From: Deltaproteobacteria bacterium
Lineage (GTDB): Bacteria > Desulfobacterota > GWC2-55-46 > UBA9637
NCBI GenBank assembly: GCA_016214995.1
Contig: JACRML010000058.1
Span: forward strand, 4,194-68,193
Direction of reading: 5' to 3'
Length of the DNA stretch: 64,000 nt
Position numbers and translations under genes: made by a program. Below the pieces are notes generated by a model, which saw nothing but the letters and a program-made list of their open reading frames with translations, made no database searches and was not told the origin of the DNA. Positions 55,521-64,000 of this stretch are shown here, piece by piece; within the stretch, counting starts at the first letter, position 1; each line of letters starts with the position of its first letter.

Positions 55521-56231
55521 TTAATGCGCTTCTTCCAATGCACTTCCAATATACATCATGCTGAGCAAGGAAAATATAAATGCCTGAATAAATGCCACAA
55601 GCACGCCAAGGGCAGTGGAAAGTGCCAGCAGCGGATAGGCCAGATGCATGAGCAAAAGCAGCACGCCAACAATAAGTTCATGTCCCATAATATTTCCAAA
55701 AAGACGCAAAGACAAGGAAACAGGCCTGACCAAATGGCTGATAGTTTCCACAAATATCATCAGTGGGGTCATAACTATCATGAGAATAAAGGGAAGCCCT
55801 CCAATTGGTCCTATAAAATGTTTTAAGTATTTAAAGCCATGTTCCTTTATACCTATTACATGGGTAGCTATAAACACAATTACAGCAAGACCAGCCGTGG
55901 TATTAAGATTTGCTGTGGGCGGAAGCAGACCCGGTATCAAACCTAAAATATTTGAAATAAGGATATATATGCCGAATGTTGCAATAAAAGGAAAATATTT
56001 CTTGCCGTGATGCCCCATGGTCTCTTCTACCAAATTCTTAATACCTTCGACAAAAAGTTCCGCAATACTTTGGACAACACCATTGGGGACTAATTGCAAT
56101 CTCCTTGAAACAAAATAACTAAACAGGCCAAGGCACAGAATAATATAGAGCATTATAGCAGTATGCGCCGGCAAATTAAACAAAGGGAGTATAATCTCTG
56201 GGTGCATATCAGACCAATTCCTTTTTTGCAA
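55521..56231 (-). CDS. atpB: F0F1 ATP synthase subunit a
   Basis: PVSLSLRLFGNIMGHELIVGVLLLL; ELFVEGIKNLVEETMGHHGKKYFPFIATFGIYIL. Confidence 0.96.
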   Translation of the reverse strand: MQKRNWSDMHPEIILPLFNLPAHTAIMLYIILCLGLFSYFVSRRLQLVPNGVVQSIAELFVEGIKNLVEETMGHHGKKYFPFIATFGIYILISNILGLIPGLLPPTANLNTTAGLAVIVFIATHVIGIKEHGFKYLKHFIGPIGGLPFILMIVMTPLMIFVETISHLVRPVSLSLRLFGNIMGHELIVGVLLLLMHLAYPLLALSTALGVLVAFIQAFIFSLLSMMYIGSALEEAH

Positions 56232-56610
56232 AATATATGGTGGATGCCATTGTAGCTGACATTATTATGCTGAAACCAATTATAAGCCCTACAGGGTTTG
56301 CGAGATTTTTTGAAACCAATACACCCACAACAAAGATTGTTGCAAAAAACCTTATATAATATCGTTTCATAATAAACAGATGTGCCTTGTCTGGCTTGAA
56401 TAAAAAACCGTTTTTTACAGTCCTTGCCATTATCGAAAGATTTATTATGCCGATGGCAGTTCCAATGAAAACACTTACAGCCGCAAAAACAGAAGCTGCC
56501 ATTGCACTGACAATAAAAGCAACTGCCGAGACAATTAAATTCCCCAATCCAACCTTCATAAATATTGGATAGAGCGCATTGAAATTAACCGTAATAGGTT
56601 TAGAAACCAT
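56209..56610 (-). CDS. ATP synthase subunit I-like membrane protein
   Basis: Four-TM protein directly upstream of atpB. Confidence 0.7.
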   Translation of the reverse strand: MVSKPITVNFNALYPIFMKVGLGNLIVSAVAFIVSAMAASVFAAVSVFIGTAIGIINLSIMARTVKNGFLFKPDKAHLFIMKRYYIRFFATIFVVGVLVSKNLANPVGLIIGFSIIMSATMASTIYFAKKELV

Positions 56611-56818
56611 ATTTTTTTATCAATACATAGATATTTCTAAAACCGGCTGCTATGCCAATGAGCAGAAATACTATGGTAAACCATGGTTTTGTAGAAAATA
56701 CTCTGTCCAGATAAACGCCTATATAGAGACCTACAAAGGTAGCAACTACCAGGGATGTGCCGATAGACGACATCCATAACATCCTTTTAAGGAGACCTCT
56801 ATTGTTATCTTCACCCAT
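56600..56818 (-). CDS. AtpZ/AtpI family small membrane protein
   Basis: LVVATFVGLYIGVYLDRVFSTKPWFTIVFLLIGIAAGFRNIYVLIKKYGF. Confidence 0.85.
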   Translation of the reverse strand: MGEDNNRGLLKRMLWMSSIGTSLVVATFVGLYIGVYLDRVFSTKPWFTIVFLLIGIAAGFRNIYVLIKKYGF

Positions 56819-57000
56819 GGCTACCTTAAAAAGTATTTATTTCTATCACGTATTAAAATTTAAGTCAATATTTTTTTGCCTTTTTTGCCTTTTGTGAGAA
56901 AATTTAAGGCAGAGACTTCTGTGGGCCCCAAAAATGCAACTGCATTTGGGGGGATTGAGAATTTTATCAGCCTCAACCTTAATCTTGTTTTTTCTGCCTT

Positions 57001-58647
57001 TCATCTTAATAATTGTGTAACTTTCTTTTGACCGCCCACATCTTCAAACGGGAAATCCTTCCTATAAGGCACAACAGCAAGGCTTATATTGCCTATTTCT
57101 TTTATCTTGGTTAAAAGCCCTATCACTTCCTGATCTGGCAGGGGTTGCGACGTGTTCCAATCAATTGTCTGAAATTTCATCAGAACCTTTTGCGGCTCAC
57201 CGACCAGCCTGACCGCCTCGCTGGTCATATTTTGTATCAGGCTCTGTATCTCATAAGGTTCTTTTTTTAACTCATCATGCATCTGTCGATGATAGGCCAT
57301 TACCGCATAATAATCAAACCACTGCTTTACAGCCTCATCAAGGCTCTGGGAAAGCCATGCCATTGCGTAAGGAGGGTTTGAGATACTCTCATACATCAGA
57401 TTTATTACAAATTTTGCATTCGGGTTTTTCTTTTTTACAACTGCTTTAATTCTCATTGCAACCTGAAGCAGCCTTTTATTTTTCCACGCTGCCCATCTCC
57501 AGAACTCCGGAGCATATTGAGGGTTCAAGGGTTCAAGGGTTACAGAGTTCAAATTCTGCCCCATGTTATTATAAAGTTCAGCCGGTATAAGCCTCTTGTC
57601 GTTGTCCTTTTTATAAAACGCATCACTGTAAGAACCAAAACCTTCATTATGCTTTAAAACAAGGTCATCCTGAAAAAGTACGCCATCGATAGGATATTCC
57701 GCAAGGTCATTAAAGAGTTTTTCCAGATGATAAACAGCCGCTTCGTTAAAAAGGTCAAGTCCTTTGCAGGAAACAATATTTTTTGTATGAAAGTCGTACG
57801 CCTTGCAGCCAAGGTCTTTTCTATGTTCCAGGCCATAGTCAGCATATCTCGTTGTCATCCACGCAAATACCTTTAATCCTTTTTTATGCGCCATATCAAG
57901 AACAGTCCCAAGTATATCCTCAACTACCGGAGATTCTTTTGTTTTAAAATAGACCCCAACCTTGCTCCTCGGTTTTATAAATTGATAAAATCTATCTTCC
58001 TTATTATGGAAAACCCTTAAAATAATAGTATCTATGCCTGCCCCCTTTAACCTATCCAGTTCCTTATCAACTTCCTTATAGTTTTTCCCTTCAAACAAGG
58101 CAATCTGAACAGTCCGTAATGGTGACGAAAAACCTAGAGGTTGAGAGGTTAAGAGGTTGGATTGAACCTTTACTACCGGAAGTTTAGGCGCAGCAACAAA
58201 CTCTGCCTCTCCCTGCTTAAAACCTGCGGGGACATGTTTCAATTTCGCTTTAGCAATTTCCAATTTTAAAGATGCTTCTCTTTTAAACTCATTATCGGGA
58301 AAGTTCTTAATAAGCTGCTGCCATTGACCAACAGCCTCTTGATACATGGATGCATTGAGACACGCATCACCAATCATGTATTGGGCATGAGGAATAATCT
58401 GGCTACCCGGAAAATAATCTATTACCCTGCCGAACTCCCTGGCAGCAACCGTATAATGGCCCTGTTTATAAAGAAACATGGCGTAGTTGAACTGGTCTTT
58501 GTCTGTGAGGAAGGGACGATTCCCCTGAGCGTTTAGGGAAGATGCAAGAAGCAAGAGGCAAGAGGCAAGAGATAAGAGGTAAGAGACAAGATTTTTTTCT
58601 TGCTTCTTGCTTCGGACTTCTTGCTTCTTATTTCTAAAACAACACAT
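57001..58647 (-). CDS. TPR (YbgF-like) plus PgaB C-terminal-like glycoside hydrolase protein
   Basis: N-terminal TPR (AMFLYKQGHYTVAAREFGRVIDYFPGSQIIPHAQYMIGDACLNASMYQEAVGQWQQLI) then LRTVQIALFEGKNYKEVDKELDRLKGAGIDTIILRVF...VFAWMTTRYADYG...YPIDGVLFQDDLVLKHNE. Confidence 0.75.
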   Translation of the reverse strand: MCCFRNKKQEVRSKKQEKNLVSYLLSLASCLLLLASSLNAQGNRPFLTDKDQFNYAMFLYKQGHYTVAAREFGRVIDYFPGSQIIPHAQYMIGDACLNASMYQEAVGQWQQLIKNFPDNEFKREASLKLEIAKAKLKHVPAGFKQGEAEFVAAPKLPVVKVQSNLLTSQPLGFSSPLRTVQIALFEGKNYKEVDKELDRLKGAGIDTIILRVFHNKEDRFYQFIKPRSKVGVYFKTKESPVVEDILGTVLDMAHKKGLKVFAWMTTRYADYGLEHRKDLGCKAYDFHTKNIVSCKGLDLFNEAAVYHLEKLFNDLAEYPIDGVLFQDDLVLKHNEGFGSYSDAFYKKDNDKRLIPAELYNNMGQNLNSVTLEPLNPQYAPEFWRWAAWKNKRLLQVAMRIKAVVKKKNPNAKFVINLMYESISNPPYAMAWLSQSLDEAVKQWFDYYAVMAYHRQMHDELKKEPYEIQSLIQNMTSEAVRLVGEPQKVLMKFQTIDWNTSQPLPDQEVIGLLTKIKEIGNISLAVVPYRKDFPFEDVGGQKKVTQLLR

Positions 58648-59989
58648 CCATCATCTCCTTAACCGATTTTACCCCAATCATCTCAAGCTTACCTTTGCCT
58701 TTTATCTTCGATAGATTATCCTTTGGCAGGATGCACTTATCAAAGCCCAATTTCTCCGCCTCGTTTATGCGTGGCTCTACCTGGCTTATACCTCTCACTT
58801 CGCCTGCCAGTCCCACTTCTCCGAACACCACAGTCTTCTGCGGTATGGCTTTGTCAAGAAAATTTGAGGCAAGCGAGGCTATAATGCCGAGGTCTATGGC
58901 AGGCTCTTCAAGTCTTATGCCGCCGGTTACCTTGAGGAATATGTCGTGGTTTTGAATGTTAAGCCCGCCTTTCTTTTCCAGCACTGCGGTAAGCAGAGCA
59001 ACCCTGTTGTAGTCTATTCCAACTACCGTTCTTTTGGGAATACCGAATATGGTGGGGCAGACCAAGGATTGAATCTCCACCAGAATCGGTCTTGTGCCTT
59101 CAAGGCTTGATACCACAACAGAACCGGAGGCATTCTGCGGCCTTTCTGCAAGGAACAGGGCGGATGGATTAGCAACCTCTTCAAGCCCCTTATCATGCAT
59201 CTCAAATACCCCTATTTCCATGACAGAGCCGTAGCGATTTTTTACAGCCCGGAGTATTCTAAACTGATGTCCCCTTTCGCCCTCAAAATAAAGAACAGTA
59301 TCTACCATATGTTCAAGCACCCTGGGCCCAGCGATAGAACCGTCCTTGGTCACATGCCCTACCAGAAAAAGTGGCATATCCATGCCCTTTGCATTAAATA
59401 TCAACTGAGATGATGTCTCCCGAACCTGGCTTACACTGCCAGGCGATGATTCAAGCGCCTGTGTATAAATGGTTTGGATGGAATCTATGATAAGAATCTC
59501 CGGCTTAAGTCTCTTTACGCTATCCAGTATCCTCTCCAGGGTATTCTCTGCATATATGAAGAGGTTTTCTGATGTTACGCCAAGTCTTTCACCCCTTATC
59601 TTTGTCTGCTTTGGAGACTCTTCGCCAGAAACATATAAAACCTTTTCTCCATTGCCAGCAAGCATCGCCATAGCCTGAAGCAGTAATGTTGATTTGCCAA
59701 TACCCGGATCTCCGCCTATAAGTATTGCAGAACCCAAAACAATTCCACCGCCAAGAACCCTGTCCAACTCCCCGATGCCTGTTTTAAACCTGTCCTCCTC
59801 TTTTACCTCAAGGGTTGTGATGGGCTGCGGCGAAGAACCTCCTTCAAAGACCTGAAGCCCCCTCCTCTCCTCAAATGCCTTTTCCTCAACAAAGGAATTC
59901 CATTGATTGCAGTCAGGACATTTGCCCAACCACTTTGGCAATTGATAGCCGCAGGATTGGCAGGTATATATGGTTCTGGTTTTAGCCAT
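58634..59989 (-). CDS. radA: DNA repair protein RadA
   Basis: YTCQSCGYQLPKWLGKCPDCNQWNSFVEE; GGDPGIGKSTLLLQ; KNRYGS. Confidence 0.97.
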   Translation of the reverse strand: MAKTRTIYTCQSCGYQLPKWLGKCPDCNQWNSFVEEKAFEERRGLQVFEGGSSPQPITTLEVKEEDRFKTGIGELDRVLGGGIVLGSAILIGGDPGIGKSTLLLQAMAMLAGNGEKVLYVSGEESPKQTKIRGERLGVTSENLFIYAENTLERILDSVKRLKPEILIIDSIQTIYTQALESSPGSVSQVRETSSQLIFNAKGMDMPLFLVGHVTKDGSIAGPRVLEHMVDTVLYFEGERGHQFRILRAVKNRYGSVMEIGVFEMHDKGLEEVANPSALFLAERPQNASGSVVVSSLEGTRPILVEIQSLVCPTIFGIPKRTVVGIDYNRVALLTAVLEKKGGLNIQNHDIFLKVTGGIRLEEPAIDLGIIASLASNFLDKAIPQKTVVFGEVGLAGEVRGISQVEPRINEAEKLGFDKCILPKDNLSKIKGKGKLEMIGVKSVKEMMDVLF

Positions 59990-60001
59990 AGTATCAAGAC
60001 T

Positions 60002-60076
60002 CAAACTACAGTGAATGGTATTTAGTGAATAGTAGTCGGCCGGCAGCAACTATTCACTGTTCACTATTTACTGTTT
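60002..60076. repeat. Heptamer-type inverted repeat upstream of radA
   Basis: tacagtgaatggtatttagtgaatagt ... actattcactgttcactatttactgt. Confidence 0.75.
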
Positions 60077-60138
60077 TAATCATTTCTACAATTGACAATT
60101 AACCCTTTTCTGTTATTATAAAGGCAGTTTATTTCCTT

Positions 60139-61638
60139 ATGTCTGTCTCCTTAACAACTGAAATCATCCTAATAGAATTTTCCAAGACTGTCAAGGCTAT
60201 TGCCTTCTATCCCGAAGGGCATCCCAACCGTGAAGCAGTCGTGGAAAAAACCTTTAACCTCTTACAAGAGTTCATAAAGGAGAAGGGTAATATCAAAGTA
60301 GCCATAGAGCGCGCCGGCTTTCTGGAAGGAAAGATTCCCATATGCAGGAACCATAACCCTGTACAGGGGTTGGCAAAAGAACTATTTCTCAAAAGGGTGC
60401 GAGAGATTACATTTACAGAGGATGCAACGCTTAAGGAATGGAAGGACTTGACTTCAATTCTGAGTATGGATGCTGATAGCTTTAAAAAGGGAGGCGGCCT
60501 TGAGAAAATGCTGGTAGTTAAGGAGATTAAGGGCATCCAGCTCAATGAAATGAAATATGACGACATCCGGAAAAAGGTAATTGAAATTGAAGAAGCTAAA
60601 AAGGAGATGGAGATAGGGAAAGAAGAGGAAGCGGCAGAAGCAGAAATAGCGGAGGAAGGAGAAGAAGGGAAAAAAGAAGACGAGGTTATCCATAGCATAG
60701 AAGAGCAGCTTAAGGCCATCGAAGAAAAAAAAGAAACGCTTGAGATTTTGTTAGATAAGTTGGAAAAGGAAGAGGACACTGTTAGTTATAATGCCCTTGC
60801 ACAAAAAATAGCGGAAAAGATAAAACCAATGTATGAAGAATGCAATTGGGAAGGACTTTTCCCTGCCCTTGTAGTATTTGCCGCCCATTCTAATCCTGAA
60901 AGTCCGCGCCATCCTGAGCAAAAGACTATTGCATCTGACAGACTAAGGGAATTACTCCATAATTATATGATAGATTATCTGATAACAAGGCTTTGCAACC
61001 GCCGCGAGGAGAGACGTCAAGAGATTCAGGAGATGCTGCGCTTGTTAGGTGAGGAGGCAATGAAACAGCTGCTCACCAAACTTATTAATACAGAGGAGGC
61101 TCACACCAGACGTCAGATATTCAATATACTCACCATATTTGGTAAGATGGTAAGGATAGAAGCAGAAAAACAACTTGATGACGAAAGGTGGTTTGTGGTA
61201 AGGCAGATGGTATCGCTTCTGGGAGAAATAGGCTCACCACACTCTTTAGATGCTATAAAAAAGGCATTTGGTCATAGAGATGATAGAGTAAAAAAGGAGG
61301 TTTTGAAGACCATCGGCAAGATACAATCCAATGAAAGCGTTGTTTTCCTTTTGCAAAAGCTCGATGTGAGCAATACTTCAATCAAGATGCAGGCCGTCAT
61401 ATCACTCGGTACTCTGAAGGCTGCAAATGCTGTAGAACCATTAGGACATTTGGCATTAAAAAGAAGTTTTTCTGATGAAAATATAGAAATCAGAAAAGAG
61501 GCGGTAAGGTCACTCGGTATGATCGGCGGCGACAATGCAGCAGCCATTCTTAAAAAAGTGCTAAAGAAGCAATTTTTTTGGGGAAGAAAGCAAAACGACG
61601 AGATTCGGTCTGTTGCTGCGATAACGCAAGAGGAATGA
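60139..61638 (+). CDS. HEAT-repeat protein with N-terminal YPxGHP domain
   Basis: AFYPEGHPNREAVVEK; C-terminal HEAT repeats (VRQMVSLLGEIGSPHSLDAIKKAFGHRDDRVKKEVLKTIGKI). Confidence 0.8.
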   Translation: MSVSLTTEIILIEFSKTVKAIAFYPEGHPNREAVVEKTFNLLQEFIKEKGNIKVAIERAGFLEGKIPICRNHNPVQGLAKELFLKRVREITFTEDATLKEWKDLTSILSMDADSFKKGGGLEKMLVVKEIKGIQLNEMKYDDIRKKVIEIEEAKKEMEIGKEEEAAEAEIAEEGEEGKKEDEVIHSIEEQLKAIEEKKETLEILLDKLEKEEDTVSYNALAQKIAEKIKPMYEECNWEGLFPALVVFAAHSNPESPRHPEQKTIASDRLRELLHNYMIDYLITRLCNRREERRQEIQEMLRLLGEEAMKQLLTKLINTEEAHTRRQIFNILTIFGKMVRIEAEKQLDDERWFVVRQMVSLLGEIGSPHSLDAIKKAFGHRDDRVKKEVLKTIGKIQSNESVVFLLQKLDVSNTSIKMQAVISLGTLKAANAVEPLGHLALKRSFSDENIEIRKEAVRSLGMIGGDNAAAILKKVLKKQFFWGRKQNDEIRSVAAITQEE

Positions 61639-61708
61639 GGAAACAGAAAAAGAGTTTTTCTAATTTCTAATTCCTAATTTCTGATTTTGAAATGGAGCGA
61701 ATCAACAT

Positions 61709-63058
61709 ATGCCAGATATAGAGATTGAAAACATAGATATCATACTCAAAAATATCAACAGCGGGATAAAAGGCAAAAAGCTTTACCCTGTCGGACATCC
61801 TGCAATTGCCGCTTCTATGACCAAGGCATACCAAACCTTGTCAGAACTCCTTAAAACAAATAATAAGATATTTGTCGGTATGGCAAAGGATGTTATGGTT
61901 TTTGAGGAAATACCTCTTATGGATGCCGAAAAAAACCTCGGAGAACTTATTCACCAGATAAATCAGCGAGAGATTGAGGGCATAATCTTTGAAAAAGGCC
62001 TCATACAGAAAGAGTTCTTTAGTTTTATAGATGTCCTGTCTGAAGAAAATGCCTTAAAAGGCAAAGAGCTTCAGAATATGCTGGCATCCAAAAATATTTT
62101 ACATATCACTGTCAAGTCAATCTCAAAACGGAATATATTAGAGGTATATAACGATGCGGTAAATATAGTTAAAGAGACCATGAATGAGATACGGATGGGC
62201 AAGGTGCCACAGAGCAAAGAGATAATACGGCTAACGGATGAAATGACAGAATTGGTGCTGACAAACAGAGACGCCATGATGGGACTGACCATGATAAAAA
62301 ACTATGACAATTATCTGTTTAACCATTCTGTCAATGTAAGTATCCTTTCCATTGCCCTTGCCCAGAGCATGAACTATCCAAAAGCTGACATCCATACTGT
62401 TGGTATCGGCGGTATGTTGCATGATGTTGGGAAAACGGGGGTTGCAGAAGATATTATCAGAAAACCGGCCGGGCTCTCCGGTGAAGAATGGGAAACAGTA
62501 AAACAACACCCTGTGCTGGGTTCAAAGATTACAGAAAAGATGGACGGTCTGGCAAGACTTGTCGGCCGCATTGTATATGAGCATCATATACGATACGACC
62601 ATTCAGGCTATCCGCATACTGAATCAACACTGCACCCGCTCGGCATGATAGTGACCATTGCTGATGCGTATGATGCCCTGACAACACTCAGGGTTTATCA
62701 GAGACCGTACCATCCTGTGGAGGCAGTAAAGGTGATGAACAACCTTTCAGGTAAACACTTTGACCCAAATACATTAAAAACATTTATGTCCATGCTTGGC
62801 TTCTACCCAATAGGGACGGTTGTAAGGCTTTCCACCAACAACATCGGCATAGTTACAAAGCTAAACCCTGCCAACAATCTCTCCCCTACGGTTAAAATCG
62901 TATTTGGAGAAGATGGGAAACAAATGGATAAGCCTTATGAGATAGATTTGTCTAAAGCCAGCGGCACACCTGCCATTGTAGCTTCAATTGATCCATTGAC
63001 AAAGGGGTTTGATATAGGGCAGTTTTTTGAAGAAGAGGCTAAAACCTTGACTCTATAA
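61709..63058 (+). CDS. HD-GYP domain protein with N-terminal YPxGHP domain
   Basis: KLYPVGHPAIAASMTKAY; MLHDVGKTGVAEDIIRKPAGLSGEEWETVKQHP; YEHHIRYDHSGYP. Confidence 0.93.
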   Translation: MPDIEIENIDIILKNINSGIKGKKLYPVGHPAIAASMTKAYQTLSELLKTNNKIFVGMAKDVMVFEEIPLMDAEKNLGELIHQINQREIEGIIFEKGLIQKEFFSFIDVLSEENALKGKELQNMLASKNILHITVKSISKRNILEVYNDAVNIVKETMNEIRMGKVPQSKEIIRLTDEMTELVLTNRDAMMGLTMIKNYDNYLFNHSVNVSILSIALAQSMNYPKADIHTVGIGGMLHDVGKTGVAEDIIRKPAGLSGEEWETVKQHPVLGSKITEKMDGLARLVGRIVYEHHIRYDHSGYPHTESTLHPLGMIVTIADAYDALTTLRVYQRPYHPVEAVKVMNNLSGKHFDPNTLKTFMSMLGFYPIGTVVRLSTNNIGIVTKLNPANNLSPTVKIVFGEDGKQMDKPYEIDLSKASGTPAIVASIDPLTKGFDIGQFFEEEAKTLTL

Positions 63059-63062
63059 CTAC

Positions 63063-63143
63063 ATAGGTAGCATGAAAGTGTCTGAGAGTCAGGGTATCGA
63101 GGACTCAAAATTCTTACTTTGATACCCTGACACTTTGAGTCTA
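63063..63143. repeat. Inverted repeat between HD-GYP and epimerase genes (convergent)
   Basis: gaaagtgtctgagagtcagggtatcgaggactcaaa ... ctttgataccctgacactttgagtc. Confidence 0.75.
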
Positions 63144-63170
63144 CAAAAAAATGTAACTGCATTTCTTAGG

Positions 63171-64000
63171 TTAAATAACAGGTTTGTCTCTGAAATAATC
63201 CACTGTCTTTCTAATTCCATGCTCCAGAGAAACTTGCGGCGACCAGCCAAGTATTTTGTTTGCCTTTGTAAAATTAATCACGCTTCTTTTTTGTTCTCCA
63301 CTTTTATGAGGCCCATATTTTTCCTTAAATCCAGCACCTGTACTATTAACAAGTTCTTTAAATAATTGTTTTATAGTAGTCTCTTTGCCGGTGCCTATAT
63401 TAAAAATAGTTGGGAGTTGAGAGTTATGGGTTGAGAGTTGAGATAAGGCCAATACATTGGCCTTGGCCACATCTCCCACATATACAAAATCTCTGGTTTG
63501 CATTCCATCACCGTTTATCACAGGCTGTTCACCTCTAAGAAGTTTCTGAGCAAAAATCGCCACAACCCCTGCCTCACCATGAGGAGCTTGCCTTGGCCCG
63601 TAGACATTAGCATACCTCAAGATAGTAGAATTCAAGCCGTATACCTGACCATAGAAAAAAAGATAATGCTCAACAGATAGTTTCGCTGCGCCGTATGGGC
63701 TTAAAGGATTTGTAGGGTGGGATTCTGTAGCGGGAAATTCTTCCTGCTCCCCATATATTGCTCCGCCTGTAGAGGCAAATATAATCTTTTTTACGCCATA
63801 TTGAATACAGTTTTGCAGCAGGTTGAGCGAACCTAATATATTGACCCTGGCGTCAAGTACCGGATTTGCCACTGATTTTCGCACATCTATCTGCGCAGCA
63901 TGATGGTTTACGACATCAAATCTGCATTCCTTGAATATATCCCTTACACCTTCATCGCATATGTCAGCCTTGAAAAGTTTGGCCTTGGGACCGATATTCT
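63171..64000 (-). CDS. NAD-dependent epimerase/dehydratase (UDP-glucose 4-epimerase-like), partial
   Basis: Frame stays open to the window edge (NIGPKAKLFKADICDEGVRDIFKECRFDVVNHHAAQIDVRKSVANPVLDARVNILGSLNLLQ...); YGAAKLSVEHYLFFY. Confidence 0.92.
   Translation of the reverse strand, partial: NIGPKAKLFKADICDEGVRDIFKECRFDVVNHHAAQIDVRKSVANPVLDARVNILGSLNLLQNCIQYGVKKIIFASTGGAIYGEQEEFPATESHPTNPLSPYGAAKLSVEHYLFFYGQVYGLNSTILRYANVYGPRQAPHGEAGVVAIFAQKLLRGEQPVINGDGMQTRDFVYVGDVAKANVLALSQLSTHNSQLPTIFNIGTGKETTIKQLFKELVNSTGAGFKEKYGPHKSGEQKRSVINFTKANKILGWSPQVSLEHGIRKTVDYFRDKPVI

Overview
The window is a 64-kb stretch of a bacterial chromosome, Deltaproteobacteria/Nitrospirota-like by gene content (inference). 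The main loci are: a complete type II secretion operon gspC-D-E-F-G-H-I-J-K-L-M-N (minus strand, 1-12.7 kb); a RAYT/Y1 transposase with 18-bp perfect terminal inverted repeats; housekeeping genes (aspA, coaBC, type-4 UDG, pdxA, two parvulin-type PPIases, mfd, aconitase, radA, nadB, F0-ATPase genes, an RpoH-like sigma factor); a biotin operon (bioB-F-H-C-A, with bioD nearby) behind a BirA-type operator; and HEAT-repeat and HD-GYP genes. The strongest functional find is an hgcA-hgcB pair (mercury methylation), with the NVWCAAGK motif in HgcA and a two-cluster ferredoxin ending in CC for HgcB. It sits in a Cys-rich gene neighbourhood with an AbrB-like protein and an ECF sigma factor. The most unusual genome-scale signal is repeat architecture. 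I see (i) four copies of a modular ~220-280 bp mosaic repeat into which smaller palindromes have been swapped or inserted; (ii) several families of dispersed short palindromes; and (iii) many degenerate heptamer-period tandem repeats, often arranged as inverted pairs. Members of (ii) and (iii) occur between genes and also in frame inside conserved genes (mfd, bioF, bioC, bioA, bioH, rpoH-like, udg, epimerase, signal peptides). Also present are an integron attC-like cassette next to hgcB and a VapC toxin gene inactivated by an apparent 1-nt frameshift. All calls come from reading the sequence and the supplied ORFs; no database search was run.
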